Shown here: positions 28,030-41,500 of the stretch, piece after piece | How the letters are laid out: every line of letters begins with the position of its first letter | Position numbering within the stretch: the stretch's first letter is position 1 | NCBI GenBank assembly: GCA_002269645.1 | Contig: NIVC01003670.1 | Location: 19,797 to 83,796 of the forward strand | Direction of reading: 5' to 3' | DNA from: Macrostomum lignano | Taxonomy: Eukaryota | DNA length: 64,000 nucleotides | Program-made: the position numbers and the translations under genes | The notes under the pieces: model-generated | Told to the model about the DNA's origin: nothing | Databases searched by the model: none | What the model saw: only the letters and a program-made list of their open reading frames with translations

Positions 28030-28460
28030 CAGACTGAGACTCTCGTCTGTCTCCTCTCTCCTCTTTGCTCTCTCATCTCTAATCTCTCCTATCTGCTCTC
28101 TTCTCCTCGCTTATCTATCATTTCTCATCTCATATCTACTCTCTTATCTCTCCTCTCTGCACTCTCATATCTCTACTTTCTCCCCTCTCCTCTCTCCCTT
28201 ATCCTCTCACTTCTCTCTCCTTTATCCCCTCATCTCTACTCATTTATCTCTTCTCTCTCATCTTTCAGCTCTACTCCCTTCTGTCTCCTCTTTCTTCTCT
28301 CTTAACCCCCTCTCCTCTCTCCTCTCAATTCTCTCATCTCTTCTCTCGCCTTTATTATCTTTTTTTTCTCTTCTATTATCTGTCCCTTTTAACTCTCTCT
28401 TTTCATGTTCTCTTTTATCAAATCTTTTATTTTCTCTTCCCTTTTCTCTTTTCTGAGCTA
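28030..28460. repeat. CT-rich low-complexity tract
   Basis: Reverse-orientation counterpart of the GA-rich tracts; a similar tract lies at 17620-17740. Confidence 0.7.
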
Positions 28461-28589
28461 TTCCCTTTCATTTAGCCATTTCATCCTCTCCATAAAACAG
28501 ATATCATCAGAGATCATTTCTATATGTAACATGCCTATATATTTCTTGTTTGACCACACTGGGACCAAGAGGGTAATAACCTAGTGAAG

Positions 28590-28745
28590 GGGGTTGTAGC
28601 CTAGTGGTTGGAGTATTAGACTTGCAACTTGAAGGTCAGGGGTTCAATTCCCAATCCCATTGGGATTGTCTTATTTAAGCAAGACACTTAACTCTATATT
28701 GCTTTATTTTACCTAGCCATAAATGGGTATCAGTATTAGCTGGGA
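28590..28745 (+). mobile_element. tRNA-derived SINE
   Basis: A box TAGCCTAGTGG and B box GGTTCAATTCC, then GCAAGACACTTAAC..AAATGGGTA, typical of conserved SINE body domains. Confidence 0.7.
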
Positions 28746-29044
28746 TAATTAAAATGGCTTACTAATACTAATATTACTGGCAAAAGCAATATATCTTTCT
28801 AAATAGTAGCAATGCAATATAACTTTAAATATTTGACATATATGTTAAACAATATATGTTTTATATGCTCTGTGCTCTATTCTGAAGTCCTAGATACTAG
28901 GCATAGAGTGTGGCTATTTTAGGCAGTTGTGTTGAGACCATTTTATTATTTAATGCTAAGACTTAGACCCTAATAGATATTTTGGAGATATAGCTAGATG
29001 CTAGATTGGCATTTAGAAAGCATAGCAGTCTAGGCAGGGAGGGT

Positions 29045-29820
29045 GCACATCAAAATGGTCATACGCAAAATGGCCTTACAATGGAACGGCCACACCATCA
29101 AAATGGCCATATGTCAAAATGGCCACATATAACAAATTTGGATAGCCGCACCGTCAAAATTGCCACACTGTCAAAATGGTTATTGCCTAGGCCGCCAAGA
29201 CTCCCCAGAGCAGGCATACACACAGAAGTGTACAGCAGCCCTAACTTCATTTTATCGTTAGGCATATACACTTCACTGGGCCTTGGGGTTGGCTCTCAAT
29301 GCTGCTAATTGCATGAGTGAGCCAAGCCGAGATTCCAATTTAGCCCAAATTAATGACTACACTTGGAATTGAGCCTGGGTCGCTGGCACACCAGAGTAGC
29401 TACACCTGGGCTATGCCCCCCCCTCAACTATTACTCTATATACTCAAGAAAAGTGTATTTGTTGTGCAGCATAAAAGGTTCACAATTGACACATTGCCTA
29501 AGTTAAAAACTATGAATATGTGCATAGTGCAGTATGCACTAAACATATTTAAATATATTTGCACATATATAAACATATTTGCACATTGTATTATAAACTA
29601 ATGTTGTGTCACATCTTATAAAAATTTGTTATATGTGGCCGTTTTGATGGTGTGGCCATCCAAATTTGTTATATGTGGCCATTTTGACATGTGGCTATTT
29701 TGATAATGCAGCCATCCAAATCTATTATATGTGGCCATATTGATGTGTGGCCATTTTGACAGTGTGGTCATTCTATCGTGAAGCCATTTTGTGTCTGGCC
29801 ATTTTGACATAAATTTGGCA
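29045..29820. mobile_element. Foldback-like element with inverted arrays of CAAAATGGCCA
   Basis: CAAAATGGCCAC/T repeats at 29050-29180 and inverted TGGCCATTTTG repeats at 29615-29810. Confidence 0.6.
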
Positions 29821-29903
29821 GGGAGACCAATGTTGCATTCTATGCAAGGGAATGCCTGATAAAGCCTTTTAACATGTTGCATAAGTGACAAATTTGACTG
29901 GCT

Positions 29904-30209
29904 AGTAGAGGTTAGATAGGAGTGAAATCTTCAGGTGGGATTAGGATTGGGAATAATTTTTTTCTTGGGATCGAGATTGGGATCAGGATTCGGGAATCAG
30001 GATCAGGTCTTCTAGTGTATTGTAGCTTGTAGGTCTATATAAAGTTAAATCACTAATTAGTAATCACTAATTCTATAAATTTTTAATCAAAAGACCTGTT
30101 CCCGTTTCTTGTGTTTTTTAGGGTTGGGATTCTAGTCTCGCAGGAATCCAATTTTCCTCAGGATCCCAAGATTTTGGGATTGGGATCGGGATCCCATCTG
30201 ACCTCTACT
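29904..30209. mobile_element. MITE (AGTAGAGG..CCTCTACT)
   Basis: Terminal inverted repeats; flanks GACTGGCT and GGCTGGCT give a 7/8 match to an 8-bp TSD. A second, inverted, interrupted copy lies at about 44975-45680. Confidence 0.65.
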
Positions 30210-33200
30210 GGCTGGCTATGCCATCCACTTGGAGGCCTACTACCTTGAGCTTTAAATAAAATACTTTTGTTTAAGTTGCAAAGACATATAGCCAAGACAA
30301 AGGGTGAATGGAGAGATATACTAATAGGCTTTGTCTAATTCTGGCACCCTAGCTAGAGGCGACTTTTTAAAAAAGAGTTTTTTTATAAAAAAAGCTAAAA
30401 ATTAAAATAAATAGCTCAACTTGCAATTTGCCAAATTAAGTACTTATCCAGTACCTAATGCAGCCTTTCCTAAAAGTCAGTGTTGGGCACCAGTCCATTA
30501 ATAAGCATTAATCCATTAATAAGCATTAATAAGCATTAAAATTTTTCATTAACGTTAATGGACTGTCGTTAAGATTTTTTTGAACTAATGGACTAACGAA
30601 TTTGCATTAAAAATTTTGTGAATTAACAATAAATTCATAGTTAATGGTAGTGTTATATCAATGACCAAAGATGCAAAGAAGGAACGAAAAATAGAAGTCT
30701 TACAAGAAGTTTAAACATTACAAACATATTTGAGCTTACCTATATATATGCCTAAATATAATCTCTTTTATTATGACGATGATCATACAGACGTACATGT
30801 AATTAACAACTTCTTACAAATAAACTTTAAAATAATGAATTAAAATAGTGTGAAACTTTATTTCTTGCGCGTGAGCATCAATTGCTTTGATTCACTTCTG
30901 TCCCAATCTTTCGCAACTTTCTGCTGCGCCTGCTAATGGTACTGAAACAACCTTCCTATGTGTATTTAATTATGAATTTTTTCATTATTAGCTTTTAAGT
31001 TTCAAATAAAATAAGTTACTTTTTTACCATATGCTTTACTTTTAGTAGTATTATGCATGCAAGTTTTTAAAATGATTATTTATTAAACTTTTAGCTTTCA
31101 AATCGCTTAGATGACTTCTATGTTTCGCTAAAAAGATGGAATAGCAAAGACGTGCATTACGAAGTCTGTTTTGGAAAAAATGTGCAAGATTTCCATATTT
31201 TCTATGTTAACTTTAACGGATTAATGCTTATTAACGATTATCAGTGAAATTTCAGTTAACTTAACAAAATTAGGAGTTAAAAAGTTAAGATTTTTTTGTT
31301 TCAATGCTAACGCTTTTGCTATTAATGGAAGTTAAGATTTTCATTAAGGCAGTTGGTTTTTGTCCGGTGACCGGACAAATAGCGACATGGTTATTTGTCC
31401 GGTTACTGGACAAATAGCCATTTTATATAATAAAATTATTTATTTAGAAAAGATAAATTATCCATAGAATAGATAATTATTTAGAATAATATGTTATTAT
31501 ACTAGTGTCCAGTTGGCTCCTTTATAGTTACGATTTAGCAATTCATTGGAACGCTTTTACCTATTGGAATGCTGAATTTCAAACTAAAGGTCACACTTCT
31601 CTAATAAATAAAAGCCAATGAACCAAAGTTTATTGTGCATATTAAAGTTAAGACTTGCATCTATTTTTTTTCCATATGGGGCACAATTATACTGCGCCAA
31701 TACAGAGCAATTCTCTAGCCCCCTTCCAGCCACCCTTTAGCTGCCCTAAAGCCAACTTTCACTGCCAGATTTTCATAGAAACAGCATTGACCATGTGAAA
31801 CATGTTTTGGGGCAATCAATTAAGAGAATATGTGAATCATTTTTATAAAAATTACACCTGGGGCACTCATTTAAAATTTTGGTGTGGCTGGAAGGTAGCA
31901 ACGGACATGTCAGTCCTGCAAGCTAAATTTTAAGTGAAACTAATTGCGCGTGTAGTTCATGTACACTAGTATAACAGGGTCCATGAGAAATGCCCGCAGA
32001 CAAATTGCCCGCCGAGATTTGCCCGCAGGAGATTTGCCCGCAGAGATTTGCCCGCTGAGCTTTTCCTGCCGAGATTTGCCCGCAGTGCAATTTGCCCGCA
32101 GTGCAATTTGCCCGCAGGAGATTTGCCCGCAGGGGGTTTGCCCGCCGAGCTTTTCCCGCCGTAATTTGCCCGCAATGCAATCTGCCCGCAAGTGAATTGC
32201 CCGCCGAGATTTGCCCGCCGAGATTTGCCCGCGGTGATTTGCCCGCGGAGATTTGCCCGCGGAGATTTGCCCGCGGAGATTTGCCCGCGGAGATTTGCCC
32301 GCGAGCGAATTGCCCGCCGAGATTTGCCCGCGGAGATTTCCGCAATGCCTTTTCCTTTAGTGTTGCACTTACTCGTACATGTAGCCTTGCGAGTAGCGAC
32401 AGATTTGCCTGCATTGCGTTTTGTCAACACCCAATGCTAAGTAATGTCATTTTTAATAAAAATATTTAGCCAATCAAATTGCTCCTGTAGTATAGATGTA
32501 ACTGTATTTCAAATTTCTCTATGCAGATTTTTCTTGTGGGAGAAGTTTTCATTTCTATAGCGGCACATCAGTGAGCCACATATATTCTATATAGCTAATG
32601 CCCCCCTAGACTAGAGCATGCTCGATGCAATTTTTGGTGCTGCAGTTGAGATTTTTTCGTGGGAAATGAAAAAACTAAAAAACTAAAATTTCTTTTGCAA
32701 CAACTTTTCCACAATTGTGTCTTGTCAATGGAGGAAAGAATAAATTGGAGTGCTAATCTGAGCCAGTTATTTTTATCTCGCTCGATCTTTACTTCTAACA
32801 TCCCTTCCCCCCGTTCCTTCCTATTGGCTGAAAGCATATTTTGATGCGAGCTCATACTATGCTGGGACAGACCTTTCAGAGGGGAACGAAAGCGAAAATG
32901 AGCCAAAAAATACTTTGTCTATGGCAGTCACGAGCCAATGTATGTAGCATACATGTATTAGCTATAATAGTAAAAATGTAGTGAGAAAAGACAGAATACA
33001 GTAGAGCTGCTGCTAATTGGGACAAAACAAACATTTTCTACGCAAAATTGTAACTATTATTTAAACAAAGTAACCGTCGAATTAAGTGAAATTTTTATAA
33101 CATGCAAAAATGACAAGGAGATTTATCATTTAATTAATTTAGTAGTTTATCATACATTTGTAAGTAGCTTTACTTAATGATAAATCTCCTTAAGTTACAG

Positions 33201-33510
33201 TACATGTAGTTGAAATTAAGGCTGCTATTGAAAATATAAGTGTATTATTGCATTTATATAGATGATAGAGGAAATAAGACAGTAGTAGACAGTGGATATT
33301 ATCAGATATATATATATATATATATATATAAAACACAATTTATAATCAAGTGTCAACAATGGGCCAAGGAAAAAAACAATCGCATCATGTGCATGTAAGC
33401 CATATAGGTCAAAGTCAACTTAAAATGAATGAATAATAAAACCAATTAAACAGGCAGTAGTCATAGATATGCCGATATGGTATTTCGATTTTAGTTTAAC
33501 TTCTACCATA

Positions 33511-33684
33511 CAGTGGCGCAGCCAGGGGGCCTGTCTCCCTCCCCTCGAAATTTACCCCCCCCCCAATTCCGGAGAAAAAATTGCTGCTCCCCCTGAAATT
33601 CTGGAGAAAAAACCCCGCCCTCCTATACCCCCTCCTCCGGGTGTTGAATGCCCCCCCACAAAAAAATTTCTGGCTGCGCCACTG
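33511..33684. mobile_element. 174-bp hAT-type MITE inside the MULE, innermost layer
   Basis: TIR CAGTGGCGCAGCCAG..CTGGCTGCGCCACTG; perfect 8-bp TSD CTACCATA. Confidence 0.9.
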
Positions 33685-34038
33685 CTACCATAACTCTTCT
33701 CACTTCTTATTTGCCTCAGAATGAATAGGGAATAGAAATAGACACAATGACTTAAAATGAAATTTCAATTTTAAAAACTTGAACTTCTACTTTCATCATT
33801 CTAATTTATGTTCCGCTGGGATTTTGTGATTTGAATCTTAGGGCACCAACACTAAAAGTTGTTTCCAGTTTCCATATACGGTTTCTGTAAAATCTCAAGC
33901 ATTAAAATTGGAGTCCTGATAGGGTATAACAAACTAAGTTAAATTCATTTTGCAACTTAGTAAAATGTAAACTAAACATCTAATATATATAGTCAGAATT
34001 GGAAACTGTACGTCCAATTCAATTACAATCGTTGCAAC

Positions 34039-35478
34039 TCACTTCTTCAAATGATGAGCGATGCCCCTTAGAAATGAATGCAAAGGGAAGTTCGCGGGCA
34101 GACCTCCACCTTCAGCATTCCAGCGTTGCGTGACTTCAAGAACCATATTGTCGTTCTGGGCGTACTTTGTCTTCTTCTTAGGAGTTTCACCGGCAGCAGC
34201 TCTGGCAATCAATAGTGACTGATGGTCGACTTCTTTCTTGAGTTCGTTGATAAGCCGAAACAAATTCGGATTGCTGCAGCCCAGAATTGACTGAAGCCTT
34301 CTGTGCCAGGCTTCAACGGAGTTGTTGGTGGGATGCAGTCCATTCAGGGTTCGCTCACGAACGTTCCAGATTGAAGGCGCGAATCGTGGCTGCCGTCTTC
34401 TTCCATTAGGCAGCCTCCGACCAATCCACTGTGCCTCGAAGTAGTCAGCAGTCGAAATCATGGCCTCAGGGAAGTCGGGAAGCATTATCAACTGATCAAA
34501 CGCAGCAGGAACGCTATTGAGAGGAACAAACGCCAGTGCTGAAAGGGAGCGAAGCCAGAGTGACATTTCGCCATCCTCTTCTTCAAGTTGGCCTTTTAAC
34601 CCTTCAGCAACCGCCCTTCTATAAACGCACTGAATAAGGTGAAATAGACAGCCTGTTGGCTCAACGCTAAAGACCTGCTGAACTGCGTTCATATTAGCTC
34701 GCTCAAAATCTGACATCCAGCGAAGTGGTCTAATATTTGGCGCTAATTGAAGGATAGCCTCGTAAAGTCGACAATAAGTTGCCTCATTCTTGTTGGGTAG
34801 TAAAGCATAGATGAGGGGCCTCACGAAGCGTTGAATTTCAGCATGGACTGTCACTAGCTGAGCGAAAAGTGGTGGTGAAGCGTCAAATGTGCCATCGGAA
34901 AAAAAGTCGGTAGCTCCTTGCAAAGCATGGAGGCTTTCTTCACTACCAAATAATAAAATTCGGTTGTTGTTTTGTCCAGAGTCGTAAAGCAAAAATGGTG
35001 CACCATTATGCAGACGAAACTCATCTGGTATAATGAGCTCGGCAAGGGTGGCCGGCTGTACTGGGAGACCCTGGTGGGTCTGTCGAACGTCTTGAACTAG
35101 CCGCTTTAGAGTACTCTGAGTTGGAAGGGCTATGCCAGCAGATTCAGATAACCCATTAGTGTGCTCTGTAACTATATTCGCAGTCAAATTGAAGGTGTTT
35201 CTGGCATCCGACTTTATCATCCTAATTGCTTCCAAAACTTGGAACCGAGAACCATCTGGTCCGTGATTGTGCACGTTCAACTGTCGAATTTTAAGACCAT
35301 TTCGGATGTGAATTCGGGCCGGACAGGATCCTAGACGCCGCTCTTCGCACTGCCAGAAGCTTACTTCTATATCGACCGCGCTGGCTCGTTCGAATGTATA
35401 ATAATATCCTTCGCATGCTGCTTTACGTTTGCCACGATTTGTTGCACTAAATCGCACAGCGATCGGAGGAGCTTCCAT
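34039..35478 (-). CDS. MULE transposase (FLYWCH zinc finger plus MULE DDE domain), uninterrupted ORF
   Basis: YYYTF..FWQCEERR..CPARIH..HNH; FFSDGTFD..PPLFAQLVTVH..PLIYALLPNK..Y..WMSDFE..GCLFHL..TNNSVEAWHRRL. First ATG at 35478 (MEAPP). Confidence 0.92.
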   Translation of the reverse strand: MEAPPIAVRFSATNRGKRKAACEGYYYTFERASAVDIEVSFWQCEERRLGSCPARIHIRNGLKIRQLNVHNHGPDGSRFQVLEAIRMIKSDARNTFNLTANIVTEHTNGLSESAGIALPTQSTLKRLVQDVRQTHQGLPVQPATLAELIIPDEFRLHNGAPFLLYDSGQNNNRILLFGSEESLHALQGATDFFSDGTFDASPPLFAQLVTVHAEIQRFVRPLIYALLPNKNEATYCRLYEAILQLAPNIRPLRWMSDFERANMNAVQQVFSVEPTGCLFHLIQCVYRRAVAEGLKGQLEEEDGEMSLWLRSLSALAFVPLNSVPAAFDQLIMLPDFPEAMISTADYFEAQWIGRRLPNGRRRQPRFAPSIWNVRERTLNGLHPTNNSVEAWHRRLQSILGCSNPNLFRLINELKKEVDHQSLLIARAAAGETPKKKTKYAQNDNMVLEVTQRWNAEGGGLPANFPLHSFLRGIAHHLKK

Positions 35479-38019
35479 ATTATTTGTCAATAGCAAGTTG
35501 AGCAACCAAATAGATTCAGTTAATTCCAGAATCCAGACAAACTATTTATTGGGCTTATATACTTAGTTGTAAGAAGGCAATCAATAAAAGCCCAAACAGC
35601 TATAGCTTAAGGAGAGGACGAGACCCAGACGGTTTTTATTACCATAGGGTGATCGACTTTAGAAAAAGGGGTGGGGGTATGGGCCTCTGTGGGTAAGGTG
35701 GTCTGTGCTGGGGCAGAGGGCCTAGGGAGCACCAGCTCAGCGGGGCAATCTTAATAGGCAGAGGGAAGAGGGAAAGTGTACATTGACAATGTACAATAAG
35801 CGCCGAACACTCAACATTGGATAAGGACAAGAAAGCAATCTTCTAACCTTGATCTTGGATTGGTTTTATAACTTTAATACTATAGTAACTTTATAGTAAT
35901 GATACGAAACGTGACTTGCGGATGGATAAACAGGTGTATTTCGTGTATGAATCACCTTGTCTTGTGTGTGTCTGTGGTCAGCAAAAGTCAAACTTTGCGA
36001 CCCAAACGCGGCGCCAAAAATTGCATCGAGCATGCTCTAGTCTAGGGGGGCATTAGCTATATAGAATATATGTGGCTCACTGATGTGCCGCTATAGAAAT
36101 GAAAACTTCTCCCACAAGAAAAATCTGCATAGAGAAATTTGAAATACAGTTACATCTATACTACAGGAGCAATTTGATTGGCTAAATATTTTTATTAAAA
36201 ATGACATTACTTAGCATTGGGTGTTGACAAAACGCAATGCAGGCAAATCTGTCGCTACTCGCAAGGCTACATGTACGAGTAAGTGCAACACTAAAGGAAA
36301 AGGCATTGCGGAAATCTCCGCGGGCAAATCTCGGCGGGCAATTCGCTCGCGGGCAAATCTCCGCGGGCAAATCTCCGCGGGCAAATCTCCGCGGGCAAAT
36401 CACCGCGGGCAAATCTCGGCGGGCAAATCTCCGCGGGCAATTCACTCGCGGGCAGATTGCATTGCGGGCAAATTACGGCGGGAAAAGCTCGGCGGGCAAA
36501 CCCCCTGCGGGCAAATCTCCTGCGGGCAAATTGCACTGCGGGCAAATCTCGGCAGGAAAAGCTCGGCGGGCAAATCTCCGCGGGCAAATCTCCTGCGGGC
36601 AAATCTCGGTGGGCAATTTGTCTGCGGGCATTTCTCGTGCTCCCAGTATAACAATATATTGATCAAGATACGAGTAAGAAGCCGTTAAAAACCAGACATA
36701 TTCCTTACAAGTAGATAGTACTAGTAATATATATATTTAACCAAACGAATAACAAAATGGCTATTTGTCCGGTAAAATAACCGGACGAATAGTGAAATGG
36801 CTATTTGTCTGGTAACCAGACGAATAACCATGTCACTACGACGCTATTCGTCCAGTCACCGGACAAATAACAACTGCCTTTCATTAATGATGCCCAACAC
36901 TGCTAATAATAGTCCATTTTATTATGACAAAACATCTAGTCTTTACTTTTCTATTTAGAAAATTATATTTATTAAATATATATAAAATAAAAGACTAGCA
37001 TTTGTTATTGTTATAATATTAATAGTGACAATAAAAATAGTAAAAGTTTTTTTATAGTCAAAACATAAAGCAAAAATGCTTATATTATCTGGGCTTATCT
37101 AAGTACTGACGTGGAGTATGAAATACATTAGTAAACTATTATTTTTGTGGTCCATACAAAAAATACTAATATATATATATATGTAGTCAATGGTTATAGG
37201 AAAAAAAAATTCATTTCATTAGGCTTTAAAATACACTTTTAAACAGTAAATAAGCTTCTTTAGTTAGAGGCCGCGATAGAACGTTTCGGTGAATCACAAA
37301 AATCAAACTTGTTTAAAAAATGTTTTTTTTAAAATAATATTGCCCGTACAGTAGAGTATACTAATAAATAGATAAAGCCTATATTAAAAAAAGTAAACTT
37401 AATTTTTGGCTAAGGTTGTACAGTTTTAGTGATTTTTTGTTTTACTAATTATAACCAGTATATATTTTTAAATTGCGCATGCTCTAAACTTCGTTACTGC
37501 TTACTGCCGTCGTAGCTGTGCTGCCGGCCCTGCCGCCAACTCGTCAACTCTTTGATGAGTTGTCTCCATCTAAAAAGTAGAGAAGAGGAGTTTGTATAAT
37601 TCAGTAAGTCAATTGTTGTAACAGCCTGCACTGCACTGCAGGCATGAGTGATAAGTCTTCTGTGTACTTCACAGTACAGTACCTAGGCACCTAGATCATA
37701 GCTCGTAGCTGTCACATGCGTGTATTATTTTAATTTTTGTGTTTATTTATTGGACTTGGAAAAATGTATATACAGGTACGACAAACAATAAACACTTCGC
37801 CTTGATTGAACGACATGTTTTACACGTACAGTTTCGGTTACATTGAACTGAAACTAAACCAAGTGTACTGAGTAGGCCATATAATAGTCAGAAGCCTTAG
37901 GGTAGGGTAGGGTAGGGCTGCGCATCTTGATAGGCCTACAAAAATCATCCTAGTAGTAGTAAATCTAATCCATTGCTCTTAATTACTATTTTTACATGGT
38001 AGTGCATATCCACACGGCA

Positions 38020-38529
38020 CCCACACTCTCGAATCTGTTATATGGTACGCCGGAAAAAATGACCCCTTACGCCATAAATTTAAGTTTACGCCAGAAAAAA
38101 TTTTTGTACATGATATGTACGCCGGAACGAAATTGCAACGTTACGCCAAATTGAAACTCAAATTTTAGGTCCCTTTTCTTTTTGAGTAAAATTACTTTTT
38201 ACTTTAAGTTTAATAAACACAAAAATCTGAAAATAAATAAATAGTAACTGTTGTATAGTGTTTCTTGTTTTGTATTTTGTTTTAACATTTTGTTCGTAAA
38301 ACCATTTATTAAACGTTTTTTGTACGTCAATTGAACATACAATACGTGAATACGTCATTTTATACGTCTATTGCCATGCCAGACATCTACGCCAGACACC
38401 GATACGCCGGCGCAGTGGCGCACAATTGGCATAGCTGTTGTGTTACGCCGGATGTTATACGCCAAGCATATTTTCAGGTCTACTGTACGCCGGGATTTTC
38501 CGGCGTATATGTAAGATTCGGGAGTGGGG
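38020..38529. mobile_element. MITE with TACGCC subterminal repeats
   Basis: CCCACACTCTCGAATC..GATTCGGGAGTGGGG; CACGGCA duplicated on both flanks. Confidence 0.7.
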
Positions 38530-38540
38530 CACGGCACACA

Positions 38541-41500
38541 CCCACTGGGAAGCAAGCTGTCGAAACGACGTCAGTTTTCCACGTCGATTCGACGGATGCA
38601 AATGTTGCGGTGCAATGACGTTGTTTCGAGGTGGGTGGTACACCTTCATTTCGACGTGGATGCTGTGTCGTTTTGCCTTCGTTCTGCGACGTCGATTCGA
38701 CGTTGCTTTAGATTATTCATTACACGTATATGTACACACATGTACAATCGATTTGAATAGTATCATTGCACCCACAAGGAAAATAACGAATGCAAGACAG
38801 GAAGTCCCAGACAGAGTTCATATGCATGTGCAACATGCACGGCAACAGTTTGAGGAAATCATTGACCACAAGTATAATTGCTAGGACCGTGACGAAACAA
38901 ATATATGAGCATATGTGCATTATATGTACATGTATTTGACACTCACACGATCACGTATTGTATTAATTTGCTCAGGTGACATGTAAAAATCAACTAAAAT
39001 ATAGTAATAATACTTTACGAGTATAAAATTGAATAGGAATGTAAAGGATCAGCGAGTCCACAAACACCAACAGACTGCTCACGCAACAAATTGACACTTT
39101 GAAGACAGTTACAATAATAGGCTCGTAAAGAAAATATCATTGCCTTATCAATTTCGGCGCAACTGTGATTACACACAACAGGCTATGTACAGAATCTACA
39201 GATGTGTTTGTGATTCATTCACTACCAGATACACGCATATGCTACTGCCCATGCAGCTGACTGACAATAACATGATGAGCGAATTAAACTCGAGATGGAG
39301 ATTACAAATTATTGCAAAACGGAATTCGCAAATGGAACCACATAGTAATCGCTGGCACCACGAGGTATTAATATACACTTTCGCTCAGGCTCAACAGAGC
39401 TCACTGTATGCAATGCAAGTTTGTAGGTACCAATGCCCAAAACACCAGATTTGTATGGGTGCTCATAGAGATCTTTGCAGAAGTGTAGAATTTTCCCACA
39501 GACAAGGATGAATTCATCAGCAAGAGAAACCGAGCTTATTAAAACAACACGACCGTCCTTCGTCACACAGCAGTTATCGGGAGACTTTAGGGAGTAAAAA
39601 GGAAGCACAGCGATAGAGGAATGACAGAAAACGTCGCGAATGATTGACATGGTATTCAGAGTAGCTCGTATGTTGAAAAACTTTTCGGGTGGAGCGAAGA
39701 CGACGCTTTAGGATACCATTGTAGTTTTCAAAGGCAAATGCAGACCATTCATCCAAGGGCCCATGAACTTAGACAAAATACGCTATATGCTGCAGATGTG
39801 TATTATAGGATTGAAGCTTGTTTTCATACAGTACTTCGGCACGCTGACAAAAAAGGTCCAAGCAGCTGGCTGCGTGGTCAAAGTAAGTAGTACAATAGTC
39901 ACGCGAAGAGTAACAGTAAATGGAAAAGTGCAGTTGCATCAGATGGTCAAAAAACGCATTTGAAAGGCATGTACGAAATATTATTGGAGAGAGATATGCA
40001 ATCAAGGTACGAAATTCAGAGGCCTTGTAGTTTTCAAATTCGTCCAGTGGGCGAAGCTTACAATGAAATTCGCGAGGAAGGAATTTCGCTACAGCTTTAA
40101 TAAGCGATGAGACTTGCATTCGTTGGGCAGGAGGAATATGGCACGGCAAACGTACGCCCTTTACACGCGAAAAGAAATATGTACACATACGCTTAACAAC
40201 GCCAAGACAAACAGAGTGCATGTAATCAGGTGGAATGTCGCATTCAAAGTTGACAAGCCCCAGGAGAGGAGAACGAGAAACCTGATTGTTTTCTCTACAT
40301 GCCTTATATGCAATGTCAGTCCGTGGCTCACATCTCTGAAACGGGAAACACATCCTTCCGGATAAAAATCTCCCTTCAATCTTACAGTACGCACAAGCAA
40401 GCTTGGCAGAATGAGAAAGAATGCACTACAAAAACGATCTTGCAGGATCATCGGCAACAATCACACAGCGTGTCACTTTAAAAAAACTGATCGCCTATGG
40501 CAACAAAACCGCTTGACAGGTGGCTCAGCTCCTGGACGAAGGAGGATAGAAACGTATCGAGAGGCAGCTTTCCTGTGCCACAAAATACTGCGAAAGGGAG
40601 AGTAATTGGGTATTGGCAGCTGGTAATAGTGAGCAAAATGGGCCAAAGTCCAAGCTTAGACGCGTTAAAAAGTGGAACACCATCAACATTGACAGTTATT
40701 TGTAAATTATTATACAAATCCTTCAGGGTCAGCATACCTTGCTGCACACAAAATAGGATGTTCTCAAAGATACCACAGTACGCAAATTGGCCGTTGCTTA
40801 CAGTCATAGTATTGAAGACAGCTCTGTGTCTGCAATTTTTCCTCAGTGTCTAGACAGAACGGGGCACCGCATATCCACGCTTTGCCCAAATTGCCAGACA
40901 GAACTCCATGGCCCTCTTGTTGATCGAAAAATGGATCATCAAAAACAGTAGATTGTTAGATGCATATTAGGTTTAGCATTGCATTTCCAATATCAATTCC
41001 TTCCTATATACTAATCTTAACTACTATAAACTTAATATACATTTGTTTAATCTATAATATATAATATATATTAAGTAACAAAATAATATAACTCAATCAA
41101 CTAAACACATTTTATATTATTGACTATATATGGTATAGCTAAATTGCATTGGATATATTATCAATATATCAACATTTTACAAGTTACTTATAGTCAAATG
41201 AGTATCCAAGGTACATTTTAATTAAGTTAGATTTTTTCTATTGCAAAAAATACACTATGTGGCTAATATGGATAAATTTAAAATTTAATATAGTAGCCTT
41301 TTACACTAACTTTTTGGCTATAGGCATATTAACTAAGAAAACAAGATGGATATAATTTGACAGTTATACAAATTTAGATGTCAAAATAATTAAACAATTA
41401 GAAATTACAATTGCCCAATCTATTTTTTAATCTATCTCAAACTCAAGATATTATCTATCTTCTTTTTTTCTATATACTAAAATTAATCTTTTATGCATAC

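Larger units (their letters stand above)
31977..36644 (-). mobile_element. Autonomous-type Mutator (MULE) transposon with about 650-bp TIRs
   Basis: TIRs at about 31977-32640 and 36013-36644, built on ATTTGCCCGC tandem motifs; perfect 9-bp TSD AGTATAACA at 31968-31976 and 36645-36653. Confidence 0.92.
31348..36878. mobile_element. Non-autonomous MULE, second layer of the nest
   Basis: TIR GGCAGTTG..CAACTGCC with TGTCCGGT subterminal repeats; perfect 9-bp TSD TTTCATTAA at 31339-31347 and 36879-36887. Confidence 0.85.
30478..36902. mobile_element. hAT-like non-autonomous element, outermost layer of the nest
   Basis: TIR CAGTGTTGGGCA..TGCCCAACACTG, subterminal CATTAA repeats, flanks CTAAAAGT and CTAATAAT (6/8 match). 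Confidence 0.7.

Noticed and set aside
37899-37918. (GGGTA)n as a telomeric repeat
   Set aside because: Only about three units and not the TTAGGG motif.
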